Of a stretch of 64,000 nucleotides of DNA, positions 1-12,381 are shown in pieces. The translations under genes were made by a program, and so were the position numbers. The DNA is from Azolla caroliniana (taxonomy: Eukaryota > Plantae > Polypodiophyta), in assembly GCA_043228905.1 (NCBI GenBank), contig JBHGNT010000001.1, forward strand, positions 28,210,001-28,274,000, written 5' to 3'. The first letter of the stretch is position 1. The number at the start of each line of letters is the position of its first letter. The notes under the pieces are model-generated. The model did not search any database. It saw only the letters and a program-made list of their open reading frames with translations, and was not told the DNA's origin.

Positions 1-1
1 C

Positions 2-2563
2 GAGTTCGCGGAGGCCTTCGCCGGAAGGTCGATTTACTCGGTCGGTGATCTATACTCAGGGTATGACCAGTTCCAGCTAGCCGTGGAGAGCAGAGACATT
101 ACGACGATGCGAACTCCCCTCGGCCTAGTGCGGATGTGTACGCTGCCGCAAGGAGGGACCAACTCGGTGGCCCACATGGTGAATGCAATGAACAAGGTGC
201 TGAGGGACTGCATCCCGGACATCACCATGCCGTTTCTAGACGACATCCCGATCAAGGGATGCCCGGTAGAAGAGAAGGACGAGACGGTCGGGCCGGACGG
301 ATGCCGGCGATTCGTGGTAATGCACATCGACGACTGCGAGAAGGTGCTGCAAAGGCTAGAGGATGCGAGGCTCACCTTCTCGGGGGAGAAGTCTGCCTTC
401 GGGCAGTCGGAAATCATGGTGGTCGGACATTTGTGCGGGCCATATGGCCGGAAACCGTCTCCGGCAAAGGTAGAGGCCATCTCCGCGATGAAGCCTGACT
501 GCAGCTCGGTCACGGAAGTACGAAGATTCTTGGGAGCATGCGCCTTCTACCACATATGGATCCCGCATTACGCGCACGTCGCGGAGCCGCTGTACGGATT
601 ATTGAAGAAAGGGCGAAGATTCGAATGGCTAGACAAGCACGCGGAGTCGGTCCGGAAGCTGAAGGAGGCTCTTTCGGCAGCACCGGCGCTCCGAAAGGCT
701 GTCTACGGGAAGTATACCCCAGTGTACATAACGGTTGACACGAGTCCGACCGGAATCGGGTGGGTCGTCAACCAAGAAGACGAGGACGGCAATCGGTTTC
801 CGATCCGATTCGGCGCGAAGGTCCTCAGCGAACGGCAGCGAGGATACGCCCAGGTTAAACGCGAACTCTGGGGTATCGTTTCGGCGGTGAAGGTCGACAA
901 GGACTATCTGATCGGGACGGAAGTAATCATAGAGACGGATTGCATGCCGATTCTCGGCATGGTTTCCGGATGCGCGACGCCGGACCTGGCAATGCTCAGG
1001 TGGATAGCGTACATCAAGTCCCTAGACCCGGTAATACGACACATTTCCGGGAAAGACAACGCCATGGCCGACATGCTTTCAAGGGCGAGATTCGAGGACG
1101 AGGGTGGCATGATCTCGGAGGACGAAGAGGTCGGCGTGGACTTCTTCGAGACTGCGTATGTAACAACCGGCGGGACAAGCGCTCCGGCGCTTAACGACTT
1201 CGACGCGAGCAAGTACGACGGGGAGTGGCTGCAGATCGGTGGGTTTTTGAAGACAATGGCGCCCGATGCGTCATGGACGAAGGACGAGGCCAACCGGATC
1301 CGGAGGAAAGCGTACCGGTTCTTTCTTCGGGATGGCTACCTATGGAAGCACCCGAAGAAGAGGGATGGCGCTCCGCTCCGGGTGGTGGCGATGAAGGAAG
1401 AACAGGAGGAGCTGCTGACGGCCTACCACGACAGCCCTTGGGCTGGACACCGTGGAACATGGGCTACGTTTGAGAAACTGAAGGGGAAGTATTGGTGGCC
1501 GGGGCAGTACCAGGACGTGCATCGGTTCGTGACAACTTGCGAGAGCTGTCAGATGCACTCCATAGTCCGACATCGGGACGAGCTTCACCCCACGTACCCT
1601 CCGACCATCCACTTCAAATGGATGGTAGATCTGGTAACGATGCCAATGGGAATAGGACAGATGCGGTACCTGGTCCTAGCGCGGGAGGATCTGACGAACC
1701 AGGTGGAAGGCCGGGCCCTTCCGAACAAAACGACCGCGGCCGTATGCCGGTTCCTAATCGAAGACGTGATATGCCGGTACGGGTGCGTCGGGAAGATCGT
1801 GGCTGACCGAGGGGAGTTGGACGCCGAAGAAGCCGCGGAGCTGTTCGACCGGCTGGGAGTCAAGCTCTCGCTCACCACTGCGTACAATCCGGAGGCGAAT
1901 GGGAAGGTGGAGCGCGGACACGGGCCGATCGTCAAGGCGTTGGTTCGGGCATGCGGAGGCCAAGTCGGTAACTGGCCGCGGCTGCTACCTTATGCTTTGT
2001 GGGCAGACCGGACCACGCACAGTTCGGTAACCGGGTACATGCCGACGGAGCTCATGTTCGGCCAGAAGCCGATCATGCCGATGGAACGGACGATCTCCTC
2101 ATGGGCAACGGTCGATTGGAGGGACGAGATGAGCCGGGAGGAGTTGTTGGCCGCGCGTATACGACAACTCGAGCGGAGACCGGAGGACGTGGAACTGGCG
2201 GCGGAGAGGCTCCGGGCGGCGAGGGCAAAGAACAAAGCCAGGTTCGACCGAACGCACCGGCTCCGACCGAAGAAAATCGAAGAAGGTGACTGGGTGCTCG
2301 TCTACGACAGCAGCCTCGACAACCAGCACCGAGCCACACGGAAGTTCGCACGAAGGTGGTTCGGGCCTTACGTGGTACGGAGCGCCAATGACAACGGGAC
2401 ATATCACCTGGCGGAACTTGACGGCACGAGAGTGGCGATACCGGTTGCAGGGAAGCGGATCAAAGCGTTCAAGAAGCGACATGACGACGAGCCGGACCCG
2501 GCTCTCCTAGTCAGCAGTGACGAACGATCCGGAAACGAGGAAGAACCGACGGGCGAGGAATGA
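2..2563 (+). CDS. pol: Gypsy Pol polyprotein (RT, RNase H, integrase with GPY/F motif, no chromodomain), 5'-partial and uninterrupted
   Basis: Motifs LPQGGTNS, FLDD, VDTSPTGIG, HHCC (H..GHRG..CESC), integrase D-D-E (MVDL/ADRG/VERG), WFGPY. Frame is open from position 2. Confidence 0.93.
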   Translation, partial: EFAEAFAGRSIYSVGDLYSGYDQFQLAVESRDITTMRTPLGLVRMCTLPQGGTNSVAHMVNAMNKVLRDCIPDITMPFLDDIPIKGCPVEEKDETVGPDGCRRFVVMHIDDCEKVLQRLEDARLTFSGEKSAFGQSEIMVVGHLCGPYGRKPSPAKVEAISAMKPDCSSVTEVRRFLGACAFYHIWIPHYAHVAEPLYGLLKKGRRFEWLDKHAESVRKLKEALSAAPALRKAVYGKYTPVYITVDTSPTGIGWVVNQEDEDGNRFPIRFGAKVLSERQRGYAQVKRELWGIVSAVKVDKDYLIGTEVIIETDCMPILGMVSGCATPDLAMLRWIAYIKSLDPVIRHISGKDNAMADMLSRARFEDEGGMISEDEEVGVDFFETAYVTTGGTSAPALNDFDASKYDGEWLQIGGFLKTMAPDASWTKDEANRIRRKAYRFFLRDGYLWKHPKKRDGAPLRVVAMKEEQEELLTAYHDSPWAGHRGTWATFEKLKGKYWWPGQYQDVHRFVTTCESCQMHSIVRHRDELHPTYPPTIHFKWMVDLVTMPMGIGQMRYLVLAREDLTNQVEGRALPNKTTAAVCRFLIEDVICRYGCVGKIVADRGELDAEEAAELFDRLGVKLSLTTAYNPEANGKVERGHGPIVKALVRACGGQVGNWPRLLPYALWADRTTHSSVTGYMPTELMFGQKPIMPMERTISSWATVDWRDEMSREELLAARIRQLERRPEDVELAAERLRAARAKNKARFDRTHRLRPKKIEEGDWVLVYDSSLDNQHRATRKFARRWFGPYVVRSANDNGTYHLAELDGTRVAIPVAGKRIKAFKKRHDDEPDPALLVSSDERSGNEEEPTGEE

Positions 2564-2634
2564 AGACGGGCCGGTTTTCTCCGTCCCAACTCTCTTGGCG
2601 CATACCGGAGGATGCGCGGTTAGGTGGGGGCGGA

Positions 2635-3428
2635 TGTCGCGAAGAAAACCGTCCATAGGCGGAATCGGCGCACCTAGGCGTGGGAACCGGTTCTTCACGC
2701 GCGCAAGCTCCAAGTTGTACATAAAAGCGAATCAGGAGGATAATCGGCAGGAACGGGCCCTAACACAAGTGGAGACAAACACCGCGCGAACAGTCTTCTC
2801 GGTCGCGCGCGCGAGTTAAGGAACTGTACGGGTCGGCGGCGTAACTACGCGGATGCGTGAAGAACGGAGCGGATCCCTGTCCAAAAGGGACAGGGAATAA
2901 AGCTGACAGGACGGCCTGCTCGTCGGCCTATATAAGGAGCAGGAAAGAGCTGTTGCAGGGATCTCCCGGGCAGAGAGGACGAAGTGCTGTCGGACCGTTT
3001 CTGGACGCTTCTCTCTCTGTTTCCTTCCTTCTTGAGCCCCATAGCTTTCTGTGCAGGGTTCCGAGGAGGCTCGCGCTGTTTCGAGGAACGCCCGAGTGCT
3101 TCCGGCAGCACCTCCGACCTGCTACCCCGTTTGTGCGTCGACGCGAACAGGCATCGGCATCTGTTCGCCGGCCTGTTCGGTTGTAACCAACCTGTGCCCC
3201 ATCGAGGGTTGTAGTCGTGTTAGCAATTTTGATAATATACATATTTAGTCGTTCGCGTCTGTCTGTGTCGGTGTCTGGTCGCGTTCTCCGTGCTGAAGGG
3301 CCGTGTCCCTGTGTATCCCCGGTCCTGCGTAGTCGGTTCTCTCTCTTCCTCCTCCCTCGCTTGCTCTTTGGTTCGAGACCCCCGCGGTCCCGCCTCATCT
3401 CCACACGCACTTGCGAAATATCTCGACA
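2635..3428 (+). repeat. 3' LTR (~794 bp) of the gypsy element; homologous to the LTR at 41975-42809 (minus strand)
   Basis: TG...CA ends, TATATAA near 2929, CT-rich 3' part, long colinear similarity to the reverse complement of 41975-42809. Confidence 0.9.
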
Positions 3429-6400
3429 CCGTCTCGCTTACCGGCTCCGGCTTATTCAGCCGATCCGGCTCCGGTTGAGCTTGCCACTCAACACTCCCCC
3501 TCAAGCTCAACCTGAGGTGGGGTCGTAGTGTCGACCTCTGTGGCAGTCGGTTCTTTCAACCGACTTCTCTTGGTGTCACTCCGCCTTGCTCGCGCTCCTC
3601 GTCCGGTCCGGTCCCGTTTGCCGCGACCCCTTTGGTTCTGCGCGCCTCGACCCTCTCGGTCGGCATGTCTGCTCAATAGGCCCATCTCAGCAGTCACGTT
3701 GCTGTGACTCCGGCGCTTGCCGATCCGTTGGTTTTCCCACGATGGCATCGACTTCCGCTGTGTCCATGTCCCCTTGGCCTTCAGTCGATCCGACTCATCC
3801 GGGTCCATCTATTGATCCGAGTCAGCTGTCTCCGACTCGTTCCAACTCTTGTCCGAATTGGTACACTCCGATTCGACTTCCGGCTTCAGGCCTCTCACCA
3901 CATCGGACCACTTCCGAGTCTTGGCCTTCTCCATGCTTCCCTCGGCTTCTTCAGCCGGTGAACCGAAATCGAATTCTCCATTCGACTCCGCATCATGGTC
4001 AGTACCGTCGTGATGACCTCCGCACAGCATGCACTTCTCTTCCTGAGTGCACAACTCTTCTTCACAACCGCTTGCTCCGACTTGTTCGGATGTGTCGACT
4101 TCCTTCGTCGACTCGGCTTCCTTCATCTTCTTGTCTCCTCTTCTTCCGGCTCTCCTCTTACCGACGGGTTCAACAATTTTTTTGCCTTTGCCCGTTTCGA
4201 TAGGGACTTTGCCCTTGCTTCTCCCCCTCAAGTGCGGCACGTCGAGATGCTGAATACCAAGCATGTCGGTAAAGTGCTGCAACTTGTCCGATCCGAGCGG
4301 CTTGGTGAAGATGTCGGCAACTTGCCGATCCGTATGAACATACCGTAGGTCAACTTCACCGCTCAGGACCCGCTCACGCACGAAGTGGTAGTGCACCTCG
4401 ATGTGCTTTGTGCGAGCATGGAACACAGGGTTCCTGGCGAGCTGCAAGCTGCTCATGTTATCGCAGTAAATCGGGATCGGGGTCGGCACCTCGATCCGCA
4501 AGTCTCGCAACAGTCGCCGAAGCCAGATGGCTTCACAAGTGGCAACAGTAGCGGCCCGGTACTCAGCCTCAGTGCTTGACAAAGCCACTGTGGGCTGCTT
4601 CTTGCTGCCCCACGCAACAACCGCGCTACCTATGGAAAACATGTATCCGGAAGTGGAGCGGCGATCAGACGCATCGCCGGCCCAGTCAGCATCGGTGTAA
4701 CCGACAAGCTCTTCGGGTATACCTCGCCGGTATAGCAGTCCCCGGTCCTTAGTGCCGCTGACATACCGTAATATTCTTTGCGCGCACTGAAGGTGCTCCA
4801 CGGTCGGCTTTTGCATGAACTGACTTACCATGCTGACCGGATAGCTGATGTCGGGTCGGGTGATGGTTAAGTAGATCAGGCTTCCGACAACCTGTCGGAA
4901 CCGTTTCTCATTGCAGGCCGGTCCGGAGTTGGCACGGAGCTTCTGGTTCCGATCCAGGGGTGTGGAGACAGGTCGGCAATCCGACATGCCGAACTTATAC
5001 ATCATATTCAACACGTAATGTCATTGTGAGAGCAAGATGCCGTCAGGGGTCCGGATCACTTCGATCCCAAGAAAATAATGGAGGTCCCCCAGGTCCTTCA
5101 TTTCGAATGCGTCCGACAACTGGGACTTGACGCGGTTGATTTCGGGAAGACCCGGTCCGGTGATGACTAAATCATCCAGATACAAGAGTATACATACCGG
5201 ACCGTCAGAGCCTTGCCGGATGAACAACGAAGAGTCCAACTTAGAGACATCAAACCCCAGCTTACGCAACCGGTGCATGATCTTCGCGTTCCAAGCTCGG
5301 GGGGCTTGCTTCAAGCCTTAAAGCGACTTCCTCAGTCGGCATACCGCCGACTTGTTCATCTCCGAGTGAAATCCGGGGGGCTGAGTCATAAAGACTTCTT
5401 CTTCAAGCTCTCCTTGAAGGAAGGCGTTCTTCACATCCATCTGGTGAAGATGCCACCCCCTTGCCGCAGCAACCGCCAGTACCACACGAACCGTCGTCAT
5501 CTTCGCCACAGGAGCGAAGGTCTCATCGTAGTCGATTCCGTGGGTTTGTGCGTATCCCTTCGCCACTAACCGGGCTTTGTACCGGTTAACAGAACCGTCG
5601 ACGTTGTACTTGACCTTGTACACCCACTTGCATCCGATCGGTTTACAGTGACAGGGAGGATCAACTAGGTCCCAAGTTTCGTTGGCATCAAGTGCCCGCA
5701 TTTCTTCGTCCATAGTGGCACGCCAATTTGCGTCCTTTGCCGCTTTTGCGTAGCTCTCTGGCTTGCGCACTTCTGTCACTTTAGTCATGTACGCATAATG
5801 ATGCGCCATGTATTCATTGTACCCGTACCGCACGACGGGATCCTTCTGACGGGTTGATAGGCGCAACGCACCGTCACTTGAATTGAGGCCCTTCTTGGCC
5901 AATTCGGTCGTCGTTGCCGAAGATCTGCCTTTCTCCTTTCCGGAGTCGGATACGCACCGATCCGACTCATTGTTGCCGGTTTCGAATTCCGGCATCTTCC
6001 TCTTCCCCTTCTCTTTGCGCGTGAACCGTTTCCTCGGTTCCTTGCGCGGGGAGAGCACGACAGAGTCTCCACCACTTGCCGTCTCTTCATCCAACTGGTC
6101 CAACCGACTCAGTCGCTCGTTCGGTCCACTCAACCGTAACGATTCCGGACTCTCATCTTGAGTCCCGGCTTCATCATCCTCTGCCAGGGCTAATTCAGGC
6201 TCACTGGCCTGATCTTCCGGCATTGGGTCGGGATCGGAAGTCGGAGTCGGTACGGAGTGCCAGGATGCCGATTCGTCGAACTCGACATCCCGGCTAACTC
6301 GGACTTCCTTCGTCCGGGGGTTATAGCACTTATACCCCTTTTGCTCTTCAGCATAACCGACTAGGATGCATTTTTCCGATTTTACATCCAGCTTTCTCCG

Positions 6401-8664
6401 CTTCTGATCCGGCACATGCACATACACTATGCTGCCGAATATCCGAAGGTGTCTCAAGTTCGGCTTGCACCCGAAATACAGCTCATGAGCTGACACCTTG
6501 TCACCAATGCGGTTTTGTATGTAGACGGCCGTCTGGACCGCCTCTGCCCAGTAGAACCGGGGCATGCTCTTCTCCTCCAGCATTGTCCTTGCCGCTTCGA
6601 CGAGTGTCTGGTTCTTCCTTTCGGCCACACCGTTTTGCTCTAGTGTGTATCTGCAGCTGAACTCTCGCTGAATTCCCTTTTGCTGCAGATAACTAGTGAA
6701 TTGGCCGGAAAAATATTCCTTTCCGCCATCCGACCGAAGGCATTTGATCTTCCTCTCCGATTCCCGTTCCACCATCTTCTGGAGGCTCCGGAAACAGTCG
6801 AAGACTTCGCTCTTCCGCTCAATGAGGTAGATCCAAGTATGTCGAGTATAGTCGTCGATGAAGGAGACGAAGTACCGACTCCCGCCAAGGCTTACACTTT
6901 GTGCCGGTTCCCACACATCCGAATGGATGAGATCGAGCTTGTTATGGCTCCGGTTCCGTTCGGTGGGGAGTGGAAGCCGGTGTTGCTTCCCAAGTTGGCA
7001 GGCTTCACAAATTTCGGCTCTCCGGCCGCTGAACTTCGGCAAACCGAAAACGACTTGTTTCGTTTGCAGATCTTGAAGCCTCCGGTAGTTGACGTGGCCT
7101 ATCCGCTTGTGCCACAGGTCGATGTCCGACTCGACCTTCTGTCATTTCGCGAATAGAGCGGTGCCAACGTCATTGGTGTCGAGGATAAACATCCTCCCGT
7201 CTCTGCGCCCTTGCGCAATGACTTTGCCCTCATCCTCAATGAAGCACCCGAGGTGCGTAAACCGCACTTGCATCCCTTGGTCGACAATCTGACCGACGGA
7301 CACCAGGTTCTTCGCGATCGTCGGAACGTGTAATACGTTCATCAGCTTCCCTTTTTGTCCGACGTGGCTTAGAGGGACTTCTCCGACGTGCACGATTGAG
7401 TGTGGAGTGTCGTCTCCGGTTTCGACTACTCCTGGTTGATCCGGTTTCTCCAGAAAGGAGAACCACTCTTTGTGGCTCGTCATGTGGTTCGACGCGCCGG
7501 AATCAACATACCACACTTCCTCCGTTTTGGAAGTGGTCTTCTTCATTGAGTTTGCCTTGTGATTCATCACCAAGGCCGGCCCCTTACCGGCCTTTCCGGT
7601 TCCGGATCCTCCTGATCCGTTTGCGTAGTGCGAGTTTTGCCGGCCATCGTTACCGGTCTTGCCAGATCCGGATTTGTCCGAATCGGTACGCTTTCTCCAA
7701 CACTTGCTTTCCCTGTGGCCTTTTTTGCCACAGTACCAGCATTCCGTAGCGGATTTGTCTTGCCGGCCTTCGGCACCGTCTTGACTCCCCCTGCTTGTGG
7801 AAGTCCCGGAACTGCTGTCGGCACACTCATAGTGCCTCCGTTCCTGCTCTTGCCGGCCGCCTCCATTGCGTGCCGACCCTCCTCTTCCACCACGCCCACG
7901 AAACCGATCCGTTCCCGTGTACAACATTCGGCTGTCCAGGGATGCACTGGTAGATGCACCGGCGTGGTTCTCCTCTACAAGGAGCATCGACTATAAGTCG
8001 AAGAATGAGGGGGTATTCTCCCTTGTACACACTGCAGTCCGGAACGCTCCGAACTTGGACGCCAAGCCTCCGAGACATACCTGCACCATCTCGTCTTCCT
8101 CTACGGTAACATTGATAGAGGTGAGTGAGTCGCAGATCTCCTTTATTCGGCCCGTGTAGTCTGCCACAAACATGTTCTTCTGTCGAACATTGCTCAACTC
8201 CTGTCTGAGTTGCAGCTTCCGGGCAGTGGTGCTTGCGGCGAAAACCTTTTTCAGGTTCCCCCAAGCATCCTTCGGTGTCTTGGTGTCACGGATGTGGCTG
8301 AGCAGCTGATCGCCGACACTGGATGCGAAGCAGTACATCACCCTGCTTGCCGCCTGTTCCCATACCGGGAAGTCCTTGTGTGCCGAGTCTGGCGCCGCAT
8401 CATTCGCTCCTTCGACATAACTCCAGTACCCGTGTCCAAGCAGGTACTGGTGCATCTTGTAAGACCAGGATGCGTAGTTGCTCCTGTCGAGCTTTTCCAC
8501 CGGGAGCGACGTAGCCATGCCTCTATCCATGTCTTCTACTGTGTCTGTTTTCGACCTGTTAGGGTTTTCTTCTCAAGAGTAAATGTCTGCAGCAGAGGTT
8601 CTCAACCCTCGCGCTCTGATACCATGTAAACGTAAGTGTTTGCGGAAGCGTAAAACAGAGAACA

Positions 8665-8705
<41 letters not shown>

Positions 8706-9035
8706 AGAACGTAATTTCCAAAATTATATGAAGACTCTACACATACACACTGTGCTAAGTAGAACTATTTATACAAGTCCTCTTGGGATTGACAGAAGTA
8801 CCATGTACTTCAATGCTCACACGAGCATCTGACACTTAATACGAGACTATAGATACCTAGTAGTCTATCCTATTCTAGGCTTCCGATTGGACTGCCGGTT
8901 ACGTATTGCACCCAACCTCCACTGCTTGCCGGTTCGGTTGCTCACCGTCATACCGAACCGTTTCGCCCGATCCGTCTCGCTTACCGCTCCGGCTTATTCA
9001 GCCGATCCGGCTCCGGTTGAGCTTGCCGCTCAACA
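3429..9035 (-). mobile_element. Ty1/copia LTR retrotransposon (degenerate); its 3' LTR is split by the gypsy insertion
   Basis: 5' LTR 8625-9035, tRNA-iMet PBS TGGTATCAGAGCGC (8611-8624, minus), PPT TTGAGGGGGAG next to 3494, 3' LTR remnant 3429-3493 matching 8972-9035. Confidence 0.92.
3809..8530 (-). pseudogene. Copia gag-pol broken by four in-frame stops (~7991, ~7142, ~5318, ~5021), with a C-terminal extension after RNase H
   Basis: Gag (NYASWSYKM), zinc knuckle CWYCGKKGH, protease WYVDSGAS, integrase [28 protein letters not shown], RNase H GYTDADWAG and ADIFTK. Fragments join in frame across the stops. Confidence 0.92.
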
Positions 9036-11237
9036 AACATCTTATAACCGAATGAGGAGTTGAAATTGATCCTTCTGGCATCGAGAAAATCAAGCTTTGG
9101 CCCATTCTTCAGAATATTCGAGAAGTTCGATCATTCCTTGGTTTTGTCGGGTTTTTGCGAAAATCCCTTCGTAATTACTCCCAATTGACGATGCCGTTTA
9201 CTGATCTTTTAAAAAGTCAAACGCATAAGTCTACAAAACCTATTGTCTGGAATGCTACACTAGACCTCGCCTTTAAGGAACTCAAGGACCTGGTATGCAA
9301 GGCTCCTTCACTTCTTTTACTCGATCCTTCAAAACCTTTTGAGGTTGAAATCGATGCAAGCGATTATGCTATAGGTGCTGTCTTATATCAAGATGGTAAA
9401 CCAATAGCATTCGAGAGTAAGAAACTTGATTCTGCTCAATGTCGGTATACCGTTCAAGAAAAGGAATTATTTGCAGTTATACATGCGCTCAAAACATGGC
9501 GCCATTATCTTTATGGAAATCGCTTTGTGGTAACTACAGACCACGAGTCCTTGAAATATTTTTGTGACCAAGAAGACCTGAAAGGTCGTAAGGCACGATG
9601 GGTTGATCTCATCTAGGACTTTGATTTTTCCATACGATATCGTAAAGGTTCCATGAACACTGTCGTTGATGCACTAAGTCGCATCCGTGAAGTTAACACG
9701 CTTAGCTTCACTGAAATATCATCAGATCTTTATGATCACCTTCGAGGGAAGTATCCTGATGACAGTTATTTCGCAAACTACCGGGCAAGAGTTGAGTCTG
9801 GAACAGACACCACCACATCCTCGAAGGAATAATTCCACATTGCTAACGGTCTGCTCTACCGTAATGGGAAGGTTTGTGTTCCAGATTTACCCGAGGTCAA
9901 AAAGAGGATTCTTTTTTAATGCCATGATGCACCCTCAGTAGGGCACCCTAGAATACATCGTACACTCATTCTCATCTCCACTCAATTTTATTGGCCTAAG
10001 ATGTGACTAAATGTCACCAATGTTAGGTTAACAAAGCCGAGCGACTTAAAGCAGCAGGACTTTTACATCCCTTGGACATTCCCAATAATAAGTGGGAAAG
10101 TATATCCATGGATTTTATTGTTAGCCTTCCTCACACCCAAAAAGGTCATGATGCCATCTGGGTTGTGGTTGATCGACTAACTAAAATGGCCAGATTTATT
10201 GCTACTAAAACCATTGTAATAGCTCCTGAATTGGCTTACCAATTTGTGGACGAGTTATTTCGTTTTTATGGGTTACCGATGGAGATCGTGAGTGATCGAG
10301 ATCCAAAATTTACTAGTGACTTCTAGACGCAAGTCTTTAAGAAGCTAGAAACTACATTGAGCATGAGCTCCACGGATCATCCTCAATCTGATGGACAAAC
10401 AAAACGAGTAAATCAAATTATTGAGGACATGCTTCGAGCATATGTTGGTATAAAACCAACAAAATGGGAACGTTATCTCCCAATTTTGGAGTTTGCTTAT
10501 AATAGCTCCAAGTATACGTCGACGGGATATAGTCCTTTTATGTTGATGTATGGTTTTCAGTCACGAGCCCCGATTGATGTTAATATACATCATGATGAGT
10601 TGCGAAGTACGCAAAACTTTCTTCGGGATATGCAAGATATGTTGCATATTGCACGAGATAATATAAAAACAACTCAAGATAGAGCGCGTTTTTATGCCGA
10701 CCATCATAGGTGTTGAGAGACAAGCTCAACATCGGCCGGATCGGCTGAAGAAGCCGAGGACCGGATCGGTTGGGACCGATCGGTTAGGCCGAATGCGTAA
10801 ACTGGTACGTAGACCGGTGCGTAGGTAGGGCCTGATCGGTGCGTAAACCGCGAGGCCGTTAGGAAAGATATTCCGTGAGGAATATATTTGGGAGTTAGTG
10901 TAGGAGCTCTTAATGAGCATTGAAGTACTGTCAGTACTTCTGTTAGTCCTTCTAGGACTTGTATAAAAGTGTTCATTGAACACACATATGTAGAGGATGG
11001 TGAATAGAGATTGAGTACTGTTGTTGAATATAGTTCTTGTGTTTTCTCTCTCTCTCTCTCTCTGTCTCTCCCGCGTATATTGTGCAAGCTCAAGCTCTCC
11101 ATTAAACCTGAGTTTTCTTCCTTCTGTTCGGTCTTCATACTTGCTTCCGCACGCTACTTTTTACATGGTATCAGAGCGCGAGGGTTGAGAACCTCTCTGC
11201 AACCGACACAACTTGACAAAGAAGAACAAGAAGAACG

Positions 11238-12068
11238 ATGGATAGAGGCATGGCGAGCTCGCTTCCAACAGAGAAGCTCGACAGAACCAACTACGCGTCT
11301 TGGTCCTACAAGATGCACCAGTACCTGCTCGGGCACGGCTACTGGAGTTATGTCGAAGGAGCTAATGACATGGCACCCGAATCGACACACAGAGATTTCC
11401 CGTCGTGGGAGCAATCGGCGAGCAGGGTATTATTCTGCTTCGCGTCGTGTGTGGGTGAACCGCTATTGAGCTATGTTCGGGATGCAAAGACGCCGAAGGG
11501 TGTGTGGGAAAATCTGAAGAAGATTTTCGCCGTGAGCACCATAGCCAGGAAGCTTCAGCTCCGACAGGAGTTGAGCAACCTACGACAACGCGACTTGTCG
11601 GTGGCAGACTATACCTCGAAGATCAAGGATATCTACGACTCCTTCGCCTCCATAGAGGTGAACATCGAGGAGAGCGAGATGGTCCATATCTGTCTCGGAG
11701 GTTTGGCGTCGAAGTTCGGAGCGTTCCGAACGGCTGTGTGTACCCGGGAGAATACGCCGTCCTTTTTCGACTTACAGTCAATGCTCCTGGTAGAGGAGAA
11801 CCATGCGGGTGCGTCTACAAGCACGCACACCGACAACAGAATGCTGTACACGGAGGGAGATAGGCCCCGTGGACGTGGAGGACGAGGCGAGTCGGCGCGC
11901 AATGGAGGCGGCCGACGAGATCAAGGAAGAAGGCACCGAACTGATGTCGACAGCAACTTCAGACCCTCCGGAAATAGGGGGAGTCGAAGCGATGAGAACC
12001 GGCAAGGGAAGGCTTGTTACCAGCCGGCAAAGGAGTCCAGAGTGGGAAACGGAGAGCTAATTAAGTAG
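11238..12068 (+). CDS. gag: Copia Gag, truncated before the zinc knuckle; homology ends at 12014
   Basis: Closely similar to the 8530-7770 Gag (MDRGMA..LDR.NYASWSYKMHQYLLGHGYW). The last ~17 codons come from the inserted LTR-like segment. Confidence 0.85.
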   Translation: MDRGMASSLPTEKLDRTNYASWSYKMHQYLLGHGYWSYVEGANDMAPESTHRDFPSWEQSASRVLFCFASCVGEPLLSYVRDAKTPKGVWENLKKIFAVSTIARKLQLRQELSNLRQRDLSVADYTSKIKDIYDSFASIEVNIEESEMVHICLGGLASKFGAFRTAVCTRENTPSFFDLQSMLLVEENHAGASTSTHTDNRMLYTEGDRPRGRGGRGESARNGGGRRDQGRRHRTDVDSNFRPSGNRGSRSDENRQGKACYQPAKESRVGNGELIK

Positions 12069-12381
12069 TAGGAATGTGGTTGTAATTAAGCTATGAGTGT
12101 GGACGGACGGACCGGAATCGGTATGCCGTTCCGGATCCGGACCGATCCCGAACAGGTGCGGATGGCACCGTTTTGTAATATAGACCGGAAACCTATTTAA
12201 AGGCCCGGATACAATGTAATAATGAGCGGTTAATTAATGAAAGCTTAAGCGTTGTTATATCTCTGTGTCAATTGCCGTTCTGTCTTAATTGTTATATCTT
12301 ACGCGTGTTATGAAGACGATCCTAATAAGTAACTTAACTAAGTCGGATTAAGCGTTGAAGTCTAATCTGGTTGCTGTAACA
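12015..12381. repeat. Solo-LTR-like segment of an unrelated family, occupying the place of pol
   Basis: TGTTAC...GTAACA terminal inverted repeat, internal TATTTAA. Flanks AGGCT and CCCTT do not match. Confidence 0.6.

Larger units (their letters stand above)
1..3428 (+). mobile_element. Ty3/gypsy LTR retrotransposon, non-chromovirus type (3' part; 5' end lies outside the window), inserted in the 3' LTR of the copia at 3429-9035
   Basis: Domain order RT-RNaseH-INT. Purine-rich tract TAGGTGGGGGCGGA precedes a 3' LTR TGTCG...CGACA (2635-3428). The sequence after 3428 resumes mid-way through the copia LTR (matches 8972-9035). Confidence 0.92.
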
